Assembly: GCF_006345805.1 (NCBI RefSeq)
Contig: NC_043001.1
Coordinates: 96,534,001-96,598,000 of the forward strand
From: Octopus sinensis
Taxonomy: Eukaryota
Direction of reading: 5' to 3'
Length of the DNA stretch: 64,000 nt
Below the pieces are notes generated by a model that saw nothing but the letters and a program-made list of their open reading frames with translations, made no database searches and had not been told where the DNA came from. The position numbers and the translations under genes are program-made. Shown here piece by piece: positions 26,367 to 39,467 of this stretch (within the stretch, counting starts at the first letter, position 1; each line of letters starts with the position of its first letter).

Positions 26367-26638
26367 TTCTCTTTACTTGTTTCAGTCATTTGACTGTGGT
26401 CATGCTGGAGCACCGCTTTTAGTCGAGCAAATCGATTCCAAGACTTATTCTTCGTAAGCCTAGTACTTATTCTATCGGTCTCTTTTGCTGAACCGCTAAG
26501 TTACGGGACGTAAACACACCAGCATCGGTTGTCAAGCGATGTTGGGGTGACAAACACAGACACACAAACAAGATGAGGACAAATATCCGTTGGATGTAAA
26601 TAATGTACATAATTCCTCATCTCTTAAATATAGAACTG
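26367..26638. mobile_element. SINE A 3' half (minus) joined to the family E tail (plus)
   Basis: SINE A sequence switches at CACAAACA to AGATGAGGACAAATATCCG...AAATATAGAACTG, the tail also seen at 20366-20440. Confidence 0.7.
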
Positions 26639-26772
26639 CAATGACCATAATTTTAGACTTGTTTCGTATATACATATATATAATTGTTAAAGACGACAAG
26701 AAACGCTAAGGCAAAATAAACATTTCAAGTTATATACATTATTATTATTATTGGACAAAAAAAAAATTCAAA

Positions 26773-26817
26773 GTCTTACAGCTGTTTCTGAATATGAGTT
26801 ATTCCGTCATCGGAGAC
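26773..26817 (-). ncRNA. Minimal HHR motif (U4C core)
   Basis: GTCT CCGATGA C GGAATA actca TATTCA GAAAC AGCT GT A AGAC. Palindrome ACAGCTGT in stem III; stem I GTCT/AGAC. Confidence 0.65.
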
Positions 26818-27030
26818 AAATAGGGAAAATGAGAAAGATATTCATTAATGAAATGGTGACATAGAAGACAGGAGTAAATGAATAAGGAGACGAAGAAAGA
26901 AGAAAAAAGAAGCATGAATTTTCACAGCTCAACTTTCCGATCGTGTAAAGGTAAGTCCATAAGTGCTTACCTTTACACAATTGGAGGTGGTTTTGTTGGA
27001 CTAAAGGCGGTACTCCAGTATAGCCGCATT

Positions 27031-27346
27031 CAACTACAATCACCACTACAACTGCTGCAACTGCTCCATCCTCCTGCCGCGCCATCTGCTTCTGCTTCTG
27101 CTTCAGCTGCTGCTTCTCCTCCTACTACTACTACAAACATCGTTACAACTTTTATTGTTACTACCACTGCTTCTTCTACTACTACTGCTACTACTACTAG
27201 TACCACTACAACTACTATCACCACTACAACTGCTGCAGCTGTTCCCACTCCTCCTGCCGCTCAAGCTCCTCCTGCTCCTGCTCCTGTTCCTCCTCCTCCT
27301 ACTACTACAAACATCGTTACAACTTTTAGTGTTGCTACCACTGCTT

Positions 27347-27396
<50 letters not shown>

Positions 27397-27435
27397 GCTA
27401 CCACCACCACCAATCCCCCCACTACTACTACTGCA

Positions 27436-27525
<90 letters not shown>

Positions 27526-27547
27526 GCTACCACCACCACCAATCCCC

Positions 27548-27642
<95 letters not shown>
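27031..27642. repeat. Compound (ACT)n/(CCT)n/(ACC)n microsatellite with internal duplications
   Basis: Direct inspection; this tract is the source of the Thr-, Leu- and Val-rich spurious ORFs. Confidence 0.9.
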
Positions 27643-28190
27643 TTTCCATCTCTCTGTGCTTGTTTTTCTTTTCTTTTTCTCTCGTTCTTCCCAACCAAAC
27701 TGTGTATTAATGGTTGCTATGTACTAAGTTACTCTCACGTGTTGTTACTCATGTGGTTGCTGACTACAATCTATGTTATTCGTGTTCTGGTTGCTGATAC
27801 CAGATCAGTAATTGGTGCTATTTTACGGAATGTTAAAGAAAAAAAAAGAAAAAGACAAAAAAAAACATATTGATAATAAACCCAGAAAATCCCCAAAACT
27901 CGAATAAAATAAGGGAGAAAAAGAATAAGAAATAAAAAAAAAACTCCCAGAAAACCACACAATTATTCCATTGATTAAATCTCCTCGTTAGCTGGAGAGA
28001 GATACACGTGAGATTAGACCTAACAACCGAGGTTATTGTGTGCGAGTGTATGCGTGTGTGGAGGTTTGTGTTAGTGTGTTGTGTGTATGTGTGTGTATAT
28101 CTGTGCACATGGATAACTGTGTATGTATGCAGAACTGTTTATGATTATGTGCCTATGTAGTAACTGCCATTGTGGGTTTCCCTCTTCTCC

Positions 28191-28243
<53 letters not shown>

Positions 28244-28279
28244 CACACACATATACACATATACACATATATATATACG

Positions 28280-28377
<98 letters not shown>

Positions 28378-28380
28378 ATT

Positions 28381-28416
<36 letters not shown>

Positions 28417-28562
28417 CATGCACACAATATATATAAAGCTGTGTATGAGTGTATATAAATATGTGTATGAATGTGTTTACAAGTGTTTATGATTATGCGT
28501 ACGCATAGACGTTGCTGTAACTCTCAGTATGTGTATGTGAATATATATATGTGTGTATGATA

Positions 28563-28610
<48 letters not shown>

Positions 28611-29219
28611 GCGTGTGTGTGTGTGTGTTTCTGTGTGTGAATGTATATGCATGTGTATACATATACATATGTGTGCGTGTGTATGCGTGTATGTGTGCAT
28701 GTTTGTATCTGTGATTGTTTGATAGAAGGTTATGTATGGTTCTGCAAAGCACCATCTTTACTGACAAAAATGAATTATTTAAAAACAAGAAAGAAATCTA
28801 TCGTAACACCAATGTGACAAGCGTTTCGACTGCAAACTGATAAGCAGCATACCAGATAATTCTTGCCACTATTAAAGCGCGACACCACCACCACCACCAC
28901 CACCACCACCACCACCACCACCACCACACTAACAAAAACAACAGCTACAACATCAACAACAATAAAACCAACGATATTGACAACAACGATTACGATGAAT
29001 TCAACGACATTTAAAAGCCAACTCAACAACAGGAATTTCAGCTAAACCAAGAACAAGTCACAAGTCGCTACAAAGACGAGAAGTTATAAGAAAGTCGTTT
29101 GACCTGTTAGAAGTAGCAGCTAAAATACCCCTCAAACCGAAATGCATTGTGTAATAAAAAGGCTACGTTAGGAAACATTGTCAAGAGGACATTATTCCAG
29201 AACAAAATACATGAGTGTG

Positions 29220-30235
29220 TGGATGGATGGATGGATGGATCGATGGATCGATCGATGAATGGATGGATGGATGGATGGATGGATGGAGGGATAATTATTG
29301 GCTTAAAACAAAATGCCTGTTAGAAATTATTTGTTTGTTTGAATTTAGATGGATGGATGGATGGATGGATGTCTGGATGGCTGGATAGATGGGTGGATGG
29401 GTGGATGGATGGATGGATGGGTGGATGGGTGGATGGATGGGTGGATGGATGAATGGGTGGATGGGTGGATGGATGGGTGATGGGTGAATGGGTGGATGGA
29501 TGGGTGGATGGATGGAAGGATAGATGGGTGGATGGGTGGATGGGTTGATAGCTGGATGGGTAGAAGGGTGGATGGGTGGATGAATTGATGGATGGATTTA
29601 TGGATGGATGGATGGATGGATGGATAATTATTAGTTTAAAACAAAATGCCTGTTAGAAATTATTTGTTTGTTTGAATTTAGATGGATGGATGGATGGATG
29701 GATGTCTGGATGGCTGGATAGATGGGTGGATGGGTGGATGGATGGATGGATGGGTGGATGGGTGGATGGATGGGTGGATGGATGAATGGGTGGATGGGTG
29801 GATGGATGGGTGATGGGTGAATGGGTGGATGGATGGGTGGATGGATGGAAGGATAGATGGGTGGATGGGTGGATGGGTTGATAGCTGGATGGGTAGAAGG
29901 GTGGATGGGTGGATGAATTGATGGATGGATTTATGGATGGATGGATGGATGGATGGATAATTATTAGTTTAAAACAAAATGCCTGTTAGAAATTATTTGC
30001 GTGTTTGAATTTGGATGGATGGATGGATAGATGGGTGGATGGGCGGATGGGTGAATGGGCGTATGGGTGGATGGATGGGTGGATGGATGGATGGATGGAA
30101 GGATGGATGGATGGATGGATGGATGGATGGGTGGATGGATGGATGGATAGATGGGTGGATGAGTGGATGGGTGGATGGATGGATGGATGGGTGAATGGAT
30201 AGATGGGTGGATGGGTGGATGGGTGAATGGGTGGA
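29220..30235. repeat. (GGAT/GGGT)n array with a ~335-bp higher-order duplication
   Basis: The spacer AAACAAAATGCCTGTTAGAAATTATTTG recurs three times. 29305-29636 is near-identical to 29637-29970. Confidence 0.9.
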
Positions 30236-32710
30236 ACTGCTGCATTTGTTGAGTACTTAAACACCTTACAAAATTTTAAACATTTTCTGTATGTAAGTTA
30301 GGGACTCCTTCATCGAATAACTGCTGCATTTGTTGAGTACTTAAACAGTTTATAGAGTGTTAAACATTTTCTGTATGCAAATTAGGGACTCCTGCATAGA
30401 AGAACTACAGCATTTGTCGAGTATTTAAACAGTTTATAAAGGGGTTAAGAATTTTCGGTATGCAAATTAGGGACTCCTTCATAGAATAACTGCTGTGTTT
30501 GTTGAGTATGTAGAGAGTTTATTGAGCGCTAAAAATTTTCGGTATGCAAATTAGGGATTCCATCATAGAGTAACTGCTGTATTTTTTGAGTATATATAGA
30601 GTTTATAGAGCATTAAATATTTTCGGTGCGCAAATTAGGGACTGCTGTATTTGTTGAGTATATATAGAGTTTATTGAGCGCTTAAAAATTTTCCGTATGC
30701 AAATTAGGGACTCCATCATAGAATAACTGCTGTATTTGTGCACGATATATAGAGTTTATAGAGCGGTTAAAAATTTTCGGTATACAAATTAAGGACTCCA
30801 TCATAGAATAACTGCTGTATTTGTTGAGTATACATAGAGTTTATTGAGCACTACAAATTTTCGGTATGCAAATTAGGGATTCCTTCATAGAATAACTGCT
30901 GTATTTGTTGAGCATTTATAGAGTTTATAGAGCGGTTAAAAATTTTCGGTATACAAATTAAGGACTCCATCATAGAATAACTGCTGTATTTGTTGAGTAT
31001 ACATAGAGTTTATTGAGCACTACAAATTTTCGGTATGCAAATTAGGGATTCCTTCATAGAATAACTGCTGTATTTGTTGAGCATTTATATAGTTTATAGA
31101 GCGGTTAAAAATTTTCCGCATGCAAATTAGGGACTCCTTCATAGAATAACTGCTGTATTTGTGCAGGATATATAGAGTTCTATAGAGCGGTTAAAAATTT
31201 ACCGTATGCAAATTAGGGACTCCTTCGTAGAATAACTGCTGTATTTGTTGAGTATATATAGAGTTTATAGAGCGATTAAAAATTTTCGGTATGCAAATTA
31301 GGGACTCCTTCATAGAATAACTGCTGTACTTGTGCAGGATATATAGAGTTCTATAGAGCGGTTAAAAATTTACCGTATGCAAATTAGGGACTCCTTCATA
31401 GAATAACTGCTGTTTTTGTTGAGTATATACAGCGTTTATTGAACACTTAAAAAATTTCGATATGCAAATTAGGGACTCCATCATAGAATAACTGCTGTAT
31501 TTGTTGAGGATATATACAGTTTATAGAGCGGTAGAAAATTTCCCGCATGCAAATTAGGGACTCCTTCATAGAATAACTGCTGTATTTGTGCACGATATAT
31601 AGAGTTCTATAGAGCGGTTAAAAATTTACCGTATGTAAATTAGGGACACCTTCGTAGAATAACTGCTGTATTTGTTGAGTATATATAGAGTTTATAGAGC
31701 GGTTAAAAATTTTCGGTATGCAAATTAAGGACTCCTTCATAGAATAACTGCTGTATTTGTGCAGTATATATATAGGGTTCTACAGAGCGGTTAGAAATTT
31801 TCAGTATGCAAATTAGGGACTCCTTCATAGAATAACTTCTGTATTTGTTGAGTATATATAGCGTTTATTGAGTGCTTAAAAGATTTCGGTATGCAAATTA
31901 GGGACTCCATCATAGAATAACTTCTGTATTTGTTGAGTATATATAGCGTTTATTGAGTGCTTAAAAGATTTCGGTATGCAAATTAGGGACTCCATCATAG
32001 AATAACTGCTGTATTTGTTGAGGATATATAGAGTTTATAGAGCGGTAGAAAATTTCCCGCATGCAAATCAGGGACTCCTTCATAGAATAACTGCTGTATT
32101 TGTGCAGGATGTATAGAGTTCTATAGAGAGGTTAAAAATTTACCGTATGCAAATTAGGGACTCATTCGTAGAATAACTGCTGTATTTGTTGAGTATATAT
32201 AGAGTTTATTGCGCGCTAAAAATTCTCGGTATTCAAATTAGGGACTCCATCGTAGAATTGCTGTATTTGTTGAGTATATATAGAATTTATTGAGCGCTTA
32301 AAATTTTCGGTATGCAAATTAGTGTCTCCTTCATAGAATAACTGCTGTATTTGTTGAGTATATATAGAGTTTATAGAGCGGTTAAACATTTTCGGTATGC
32401 AAATTAGTGTCTCCTTCATAGAATAACTGCTGTATTTGCTGAGTATATATAGAGTTTATAGAGCGGTTAAAAATTTTCGGTATGCAAATTAGGGGTTCCT
32501 CATAGAATAACTTCTGCATTTGTTGAGTATTTAAACAGTTTATAGAGGGGCTAAAATTTTTCGGTGTGCAAATTAGGGACTCCTTCATAGAATAACTGCT
32601 GCCTTTGTTGATTATTTAAACTGTTTATAGAGAGTTTTACACTTTCGGTATGTAAATTAGGGACTCCGTCATCGAATAACTTCTGCATTTGTTGAGTATT
32701 GATACAGTTT
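30236..32710. repeat. Tandem satellite, ~84-85-bp unit, ~29 copies
   Basis: Consensus AATTAGGGACTCCTTCATAGAATAACTGCTGTATTTGTTGAGTATATATAGAGTTTATAGAGCGGTTAAAAATTTTCGGTATGCA. Confidence 0.95.
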
Positions 32711-32828
32711 AGGTCTAATCGTTTTGTCTGCGATAAATCGGGGCTAAGTTGCAACAACATTAACAAGAACAACGGCCAAAAATATAAAAATGGGGAAATG
32801 TCATTATGCTATCGCTAGACCCGTTAGG

Positions 32829-33170
32829 TGAAGGCGCATGGCACAGTGGTTAGAGCGTCGAACCTACGATCGTGAGGTTGTGAGCTCGAATTCCGGACCG
32901 GGCTGCGTGTTGTGTTCTTGAGCAAGACACTTTATTTCATGCTGCTCCTGTCCACTCAGCTCTAGAAATGAGTTGCGATGTCATAGGTGCCAAGCTGTAT
33001 CGACCCCTTTGCCTTTCCTTTGGAAAACACTGGCGGCGTGGAGAGGGGAGGCCGGTATGCATAGGCGACTGCTGGTTCTCAATAAACAACCTTGCCCAGT
33101 GTTGTACCTGGGAGGGTAACTCTGTAGATGCAATCCCATGGTCAGTGTCGTGACCGAAGGATGTCTCAGA
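32829..33170 (+). mobile_element. CORE-like tRNA SINE (family D), full length
   Basis: GGCGCATGGCACAGTGGTTAGAGCG head and GTTCTTGAGCAAGACACTT core. Confidence 0.85.
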
Positions 33171-33484
33171 CTCGTTAGAAATAGGAGTGAATTGTCACTT
33201 CAAATCCATGTCCTAGTGTTTTGAAAAGAGAAGGATACAATTGATAATGTGTTAAGAAGGGAGGATTACTGTAGTAGTTCGTAATTATTGGGTATTCTGG
33301 CGTCATAAACATTTAGAAACTTCAAGAGAACGTGAAATACTTCTTTAACTCTGAAGATCGATTCATATAAAGCTATGAATAATTGTTTGGAGTTCCACTT
33401 TTGAAAAAAAAAATTTACGTTCTCTCGAAGTTTCTAAGTTGTTATGACGGCAACGACAAACAATTCCCGCGCTGGTAACTCTGC

Positions 33485-33636
33485 TCTTTTACTCTTTTAC
33501 TTATTTCAGTCATTTGATTGCGGCCATGCTGGAGCACCACCTTTTAGTCGAATAAATCGACCCCAGGACGCTAGTTTGCGGGGACGTAAACAAACCAACA
33601 TCGGCTTTCAAGCGATAGTAGGGTACAAACACGGAC

Positions 33637-33686
<50 letters not shown>

Positions 33687-33885
33687 TCACACATACGCAC
33701 ACGCGCGCGCACACGTATATACGACGGGCTTCTTTCAGTTTCCATCTACCAAATCCACTCACGAGGCTTTGGTCGGCCCGAGGCTATAGTAGAAGACAAT
33801 TGCCCGAGGTACCAAACAGTGGGACTGAACACGGAACCATGTGGTTGGGAAGCGAGTTTCTTACCACACAGCGGCTCATGTGCTT
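33485..33885 (-). mobile_element. SINE family A with internal deletion
   Basis: Homology to family A. Confidence 0.85.
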
Positions 33886-34346
33886 ATGTACGTATAAAGC
33901 TTTTAAAATTGATAGAAAAACTTGTAGGATTGCTTTGTTTCAATACCAGAATATCTTGCATATCTACGGAAGTTGTGAATTCGAGCCCGAATGACGGCTT
34001 TTGATTTTTTCTATTAAATGCGAAGATTTTCGTCTAATATCTACACGGTATTTTTTTATAGCTTTATCAGTTTCTAACTTCAACGGTCCAAAACCTATTA
34101 TATGTATATATATATGTAATATTTTAGACTAATGGGTATACGTCAATTAGTGTGCTGATCTGTTGACTGAAGCACTGCTAGAATTTGGGCTATCTGCTGT
34201 CATCTGCAATGGGGGTATATTTCCGTTGGATCTACTTCAGGAATTCCGCAGTGTTGGTTGAAATAATAATCGATTAAGGAAACAGAAGATGGCTTTGGCA
34301 TTACATTTTATCGTGTATGATGATCGTTTCGTCTCATCCTGTATAT

Positions 34347-34551
34347 GACGCCATAATAGATCGTTAGCTACAACACACATTTTTTTCTCCCCATTTTTTC
34401 TCTCCTTGTTTCTTCTGTGTACCTTTCTGTAGAAGAGGGTAGGCTCGAAACGTAAAGGACTTTTTCTATTCCTGAGCGCCATACTAATACATCTGTTTGT
34501 TTTGTACACCACCTGTCTTCGTTTTTTGTTTATTTTCGTAAACTTTCCCTT

Positions 34552-34552
<1 letters not shown>
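34347..34552 (+). mobile_element. Solo PLE terminal repeat with HHR motif (34422-34458)
   Basis: Homologous to the 3' end of the PLE at 22517-22730. CCTTT CTGTAGA A GAGG gtag GCTC GAAAC GT A AAGG; ends in (TA)n. Confidence 0.8.
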
Positions 34553-34612
<60 letters not shown>

Positions 34613-34625
34613 TATATTATATATA

Positions 34626-34660
<35 letters not shown>

Positions 34661-34669
34661 GTATATATA

Positions 34670-34712
<43 letters not shown>

Positions 34713-34724
34713 ATATACATATAT

Positions 34725-34750
<26 letters not shown>

Positions 34751-34756
<6 letters not shown>

Positions 34757-34859
34757 GTCATTTCGAGATAGAAGTCCCCATGCAATTCTATGATATGGTG
34801 TGATGTACATTAGGATTTGATGAATTGCATGGGCACTTCTATCTCTAAATGACATATAT
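34751..34859. repeat. ~38-bp inverted repeat (hairpin)
   Basis: ATATATGTCATTTCGAGATAGAAGTCCCCATGCAATTC ... GAATTGCATGGGCACTTCTATCTCTAAATGACATATAT, 2 mismatches. Confidence 0.9.
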
Positions 34860-35041
34860 TTTCTTATCGAAAATAATTCAATTTATTTGAATCCCTGTGA
34901 CGCCGGAATTTTCATTCGCTAATTAATATAAAAATATACATACGTACATACATATATACATACATACATACATACATACATAGATACATACATACATATA
35001 TATATATACATACATATATATATATACATATATATATATAT

Positions 35042-35529
35042 AGTCCTGCGCACTACGGGCCTAAAAGTTAAAGTTGTAGAAAAGACAGGTAGGACTATCA
35101 AATCGGCATTATGCAGATCATATCCATCTGATAGAATCACCTGTCAGAGTAATTGTGTGTTCGACAAATCCACACGTAAATTGTAAAACCAAGGGCACTG
35201 TATACCAGATTAAGTGCCAGGAGGGAGCTTGCGCGGCTAACCCGGAGTCATACATAGGTGAGACCTCTAGAAGCATCAATGATAGGTTCAAAGAACACCT
35301 GGACAACTACATTGAAAGGAAGCCAAACTCCATCTTCTACCAACATGCTGTAGACTGCCACAAGGGATCCTTAGGGGAGCTTAAGTTGAACATCCTATCA
35401 ACACATCCCACCGATGCAATGTTGAGACAGGTCACAGAAGCTGTTTGTATACAAGAATACAAACCTACTCTCAACCGAAAGTCCGAATGGAATAACATCC
35501 AGAACCCATTCAGAAGGACTATTCTATAA
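35042..35529 (+). mobile_element. Second PLE family: GIY-YIG endonuclease C-terminal fragment
   Basis: CKTKGTVYQIKC...YIGETSRSINDRFKEH...RQVTEAVCIQEYKPTLNRKSEW. 5'-truncated at (TA)n. Confidence 0.9.
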
Positions 35530-36516
35530 CCACCCCTCTCTCTCTCTCCTTTCACCTGTAGTCCTTACATGCAGGTTGCAATGCGTATGTGCAGTTATAT
35601 ACAACGGTATGAGCAGACGTTGTTTGATACGAACAGTTGCACCTAGGCGTTGTATCCATTCACGGTTAGACGATTGAGAGGAACAAACACACACCCCCAC
35701 ACATATATATATATGTTGTGCGTCTATACTAACATATATGTAGATATGTATACAACCTTCAGCAAAGTAACAGTCATGTACACAACTTGGACGGACACAT
35801 GCCAGTACACGGACATACGTTCACATACACATACACATGTACACACTCTCATGGACACATCTACCCATTCTCCTAGACACTCACATACATACGTAGCACA
35901 TGAATACAAACATACATACATACCTACGTATGGGCATACACACGTACATACGCACGTACATGTACGCACACACATACATGGGCACATGCATACGAGCGCG
36001 TATACATACATACGCACATGCATACGTATGTACATACACACATACATACATACATACATACATACATACATACATACATACATACATACATCATACATAC
36101 ATACATACGCACATACATACATACATACGAACAATAGTAAAACATTAGTTCTGTGATATAGAGATAGAAATCTGATAATAGATTTTAGGGTATAGTTCTT
36201 GTGAGCAAGCGTCATAAATTCACTTTCTAGCCTCGGCCGTAGGGAGTTGAAATTTGATAGCGTTGTGATGAGTGGTCACTCTACATCCATCCATCGCTAA
36301 AGGTTTATAACTTTATGTTTTATAGAGTGTATGTGCGTGCTTATACACACACGTACGTGTATACATACATACATACATACATACATACATGCACACACAG
36401 GCGTATGTGCGTACATGCATACGTACATACATACACACATGTATGCATACATACACACATACATACGTACATATATATGACGAACTAACTGTTACTTTCT
36501 TAGATGCAGCACGGAC

Positions 36517-36566
36517 TTTGTCAGTGAACAGGTCGCGGATTTTAGCGACGAAAATATTTTGACAAA
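36517..36566 (+). ncRNA. Minimal HHR motif with G3-C8 core, in short repeat 36499-36648
   Basis: TTTGTCA GTGAACA G GTCGC ggatttta GCGAC GAAA ATATT T TGACAAA: perfect 7-bp stem I, 5-bp stem II, palindrome AATATT. Confidence 0.65.
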
Positions 36567-36687
36567 TTAAACTTAAATGTTGGAGTGAATCGAACGGCTT
36601 TTGTGTGTTTCTTAAATGGCTTATAAACACCTTCCACGCTGCAATTGCATATATATATAGATACATATATATATATATTTATATATA

Positions 36688-37096
36688 CTCTTTACTCTGT
36701 TACTCTTTTGTTTCAGTCATTTGTCTGTGACCATGCTGGAGCATCGCCTTTAGTCGAGCAAATCGACCCCGGGACTTATTCTTTGTAAGCCTAGTACTTA
36801 TTCTATCGGTCTCTTTCGCCGAACCGCTAAGTTACGGGGACGTAAACACACCAGCATCGGTTGTCAAGCGATGTTGGGGGGAGGAACAAAGACACACAAA
36901 CATACACATACATATATATATATACATACATGTATACGACGGGCTTCTTTCAGTTTCCGTCTACCAAATCCACTCACAAGGGTTTGGTCGGCCCGAGGCT
37001 ATAGTACAAGACACTTGCCCAAGTTGCCACGCAGTGGAACTGAACCCGGACTGAACCCGGAACCATGTGGTTCGTAAGCAAGCTACTTACCACTCC
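36688..37096 (-). mobile_element. SINE family A
   Basis: Homology to family A. Confidence 0.9.
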
Positions 37097-37130
37097 TATA
37101 TATATATATATATATATATACATACATACA

Positions 37131-37315
37131 TGTCTGTCGGGAGTCCCAGATGAACCTACCTCACGACAGGAGACGCAGATGCGGGCAGCAGCATCGAACT
37201 CCCTTGTTGATCAAGTGCCACGTATCAGAGGTGGATTCACATATTAGTGTAGCTCATTCAGCGGTGGTGCTCCAGCATGGCCGCGGCCTTCGGACTAAAA
37301 CATTTTAAAGGATTT
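37131..37315 (+). mobile_element. CR1-type LINE 3' end
   Basis: LSGVPDEPTSRQETQMRAAASNSLVDQV then a 3'UTR with GGTGGTGCTCCAGCATGGCCGC. Confidence 0.75.
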
Positions 37316-37326
37316 ATATACATATA

Positions 37327-37393
<67 letters not shown>

Positions 37394-37399
<6 letters not shown>

Positions 37400-37620
37400 A
37401 AGTAGATGTAGCAGTTTTTAAATCAAAGCTGGACATCTTCCTGTCGAGAGTCCCCGATGAACCTTCCTCACGGCAAGAGGTGCAAATGAGAGTAACTATG
37501 TCAAACTCCATTCTTCACCAAGTGCTACATATTAGAGGAGATTCTTCGTAATAACAGTGTTGCACAAAACGGCGGTGCATCTGCATGGCCGCAGCTCTAA
37601 GCCGAAACAAGAAAAAAAAT
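37394..37620 (+). mobile_element. CR1-type LINE 3' end, second subfamily
   Basis: FKSKLDIFLSRVPDEP...SNSILHQV; 3'UTR GGCGGTGCATCTGCATGGCCGCAGCTCTAAGCCGAAAC. Confidence 0.8.
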
Positions 37621-37689
37621 ACATATATATATATATACATACAGACTTATATATATATATATACATACATTCATACATACATACATACA

Positions 37690-37723
<34 letters not shown>

Positions 37724-37753
37724 CATACATACATACATACATACATACATACA

Positions 37754-37787
<34 letters not shown>

Positions 37788-37811
37788 CATACATACATAC
37801 ATACATATACA

Positions 37812-37844
<33 letters not shown>

Positions 37845-38007
37845 GCGGCAAACCGTCACTGTTAGGTGGCGAATATACTCCCTGATTCCGTGTGTTACTG
37901 TTTACTTCTCCCTCAGAGATTTAATATTGTTCTCTTTCTCTCTCTTTCTCTCTCTCTCTAAATATATATATATATTATATATATATATGTATATATATAT
38001 ATATTAT

Positions 38008-38094
<87 letters not shown>

Positions 38095-38095
<1 letters not shown>

Positions 38096-38472
38096 CGCGC
38101 AGGAGTGGCTGTGTGGTAAGTAGCTTGCTAACCAACCACACGGTTGCGGGTTCAGTCCCACTGCGTGGCATCTGGGCAAGTGTCTTCTACTATAGCCCCG
38201 GGCCGACCAATGCCTTGTGAGTGGATTTGGTAGACGGAAACTGAAAGAAGCCTGTCGTGTTATGTATATATATTTGTATATGTGTGTGTTTGTGTGTCTG
38301 TGTTTGTGTTTGTCCCCCTAGCATTGCTTGACAACCAATGCTGGTGTGTTTACGTCCCGTCACTTAGCGGTTCGGCAAAAGAGACCGATAGAATAAGTAC
38401 TAAAAGGTGGTGCTCCAGCATGGCCGCAGTCAAATGACTGAAACAAGTAAAAGAGTAAAAGAGTAAAAGAGT
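38095..38472 (+). mobile_element. SINE family A
   Basis: Head GCGCAGGAGTGGCTGTGTGG through tail (GTAAAAGA)n. Confidence 0.9.
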
Positions 38473-38613
38473 ATAGATCAATAAATGGTGGGGTTGTGTT
38501 GACCGCACGTGGAGAAATGATAAGCAAGGAAAAATTGTAAAAATGCAGAATGCTGGATTGAAAGAAAATTTTACCGTGGTGCATCAGCATGGCCGCATGT
38601 ATGAGCTGAAACT

Positions 38614-38683
<70 letters not shown>

Positions 38684-38932
38684 ATATACATATATACATA
38701 TATATACATATATATATATATGTGTGTGTGTGTTGTATAGAGTTAAAATCCGAGGTGTGTCCTTATGAAGCAAATCAGCTTATTGCAGTATTCCAAATCT
38801 ATAGGAAGATGTGGTGTTGTATTTGTGAGTCATGCATATGTGTTGAAAATGCTAGAAAATTATCGTTTCCAGAGTAATAATATAACACAAGAATAGAAAA
38901 TTCTTTGGAACTATTGTGATGTCCAGCACTAT

Positions 38933-39467
38933 TGCCGATTTATAGTAGCTTACACTTCGACTTATTTTAGAACATGGCTGAAGTTCATAAAATAGGATTT
39001 GATTACACCTCCATTTAGAGCACAGTTTAAGCTATCTTTTCGTGGAAGTAGGTTTATTTTCCTATAATCTGTGTTAATTCTGTAACTCTTTGAAATGGAA
39101 GATAAGAAAGTTCATTTTCGGCACTTGAAGCTTTGGGAACCAGACAAAAATTGCTGCAGCTCGGCTGGGATGTGTTACCCCACCATCCATATTCACAAAA
39201 AATTGCTCCTTCGGATTTCCACCTATTCAGGTCTCTGCAGAATATTCTTAATGATAAAAATTTCAATTCCTTGGATACCTTGATGAATTCTTTGCCATGA
39301 AACCACCACAATTTTGGGAAGAGAGTATTTTCAAGTTAAAGGAAAGATGGAGACGCATTGTGCAACAAAATGGTTCATATTTGGTTGATTATACATGTAA
39401 TGGCAAGTATTTATTGACCCTTTTTCTTGCATTTAAAAATCGGCACGAACTTTCCAGACAACCCTAT
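38933..39467 (+). mobile_element. Internally deleted mariner (DD34D-type) remnant
   Basis: MEDKKVHFRHL N-terminus, then QLGWDVLPHHPYSQKIAPSDFHLFRSLQN (YSPDLAPSD motif). Right TIR AAATCGGCACGAACTTTCCAGACAACCCTATA; partial left TIR TGCCGATTT. Confidence 0.85.

Noticed and set aside
26878-27873. 331-aa Thr/Pro-rich mucin-like ORF
   Set aside because: It is built from (ACT)n/(CCT)n microsatellite and a decayed SINE tail, is open in several frames on both strands, and has no signal peptide or splice support.
30236-32710. CRISPR-like or telomeric array
   Set aside because: There are no unique spacers and no cas genes, and TTAGGG is not tandem. It is an ordinary eukaryotic satellite.
32829-32905. 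tRNA genes at SINE heads (also 15270, 21254, 55890-55962)
   Set aside because: A and B boxes are present, but acceptor stems are imperfect and each continues into a SINE body.
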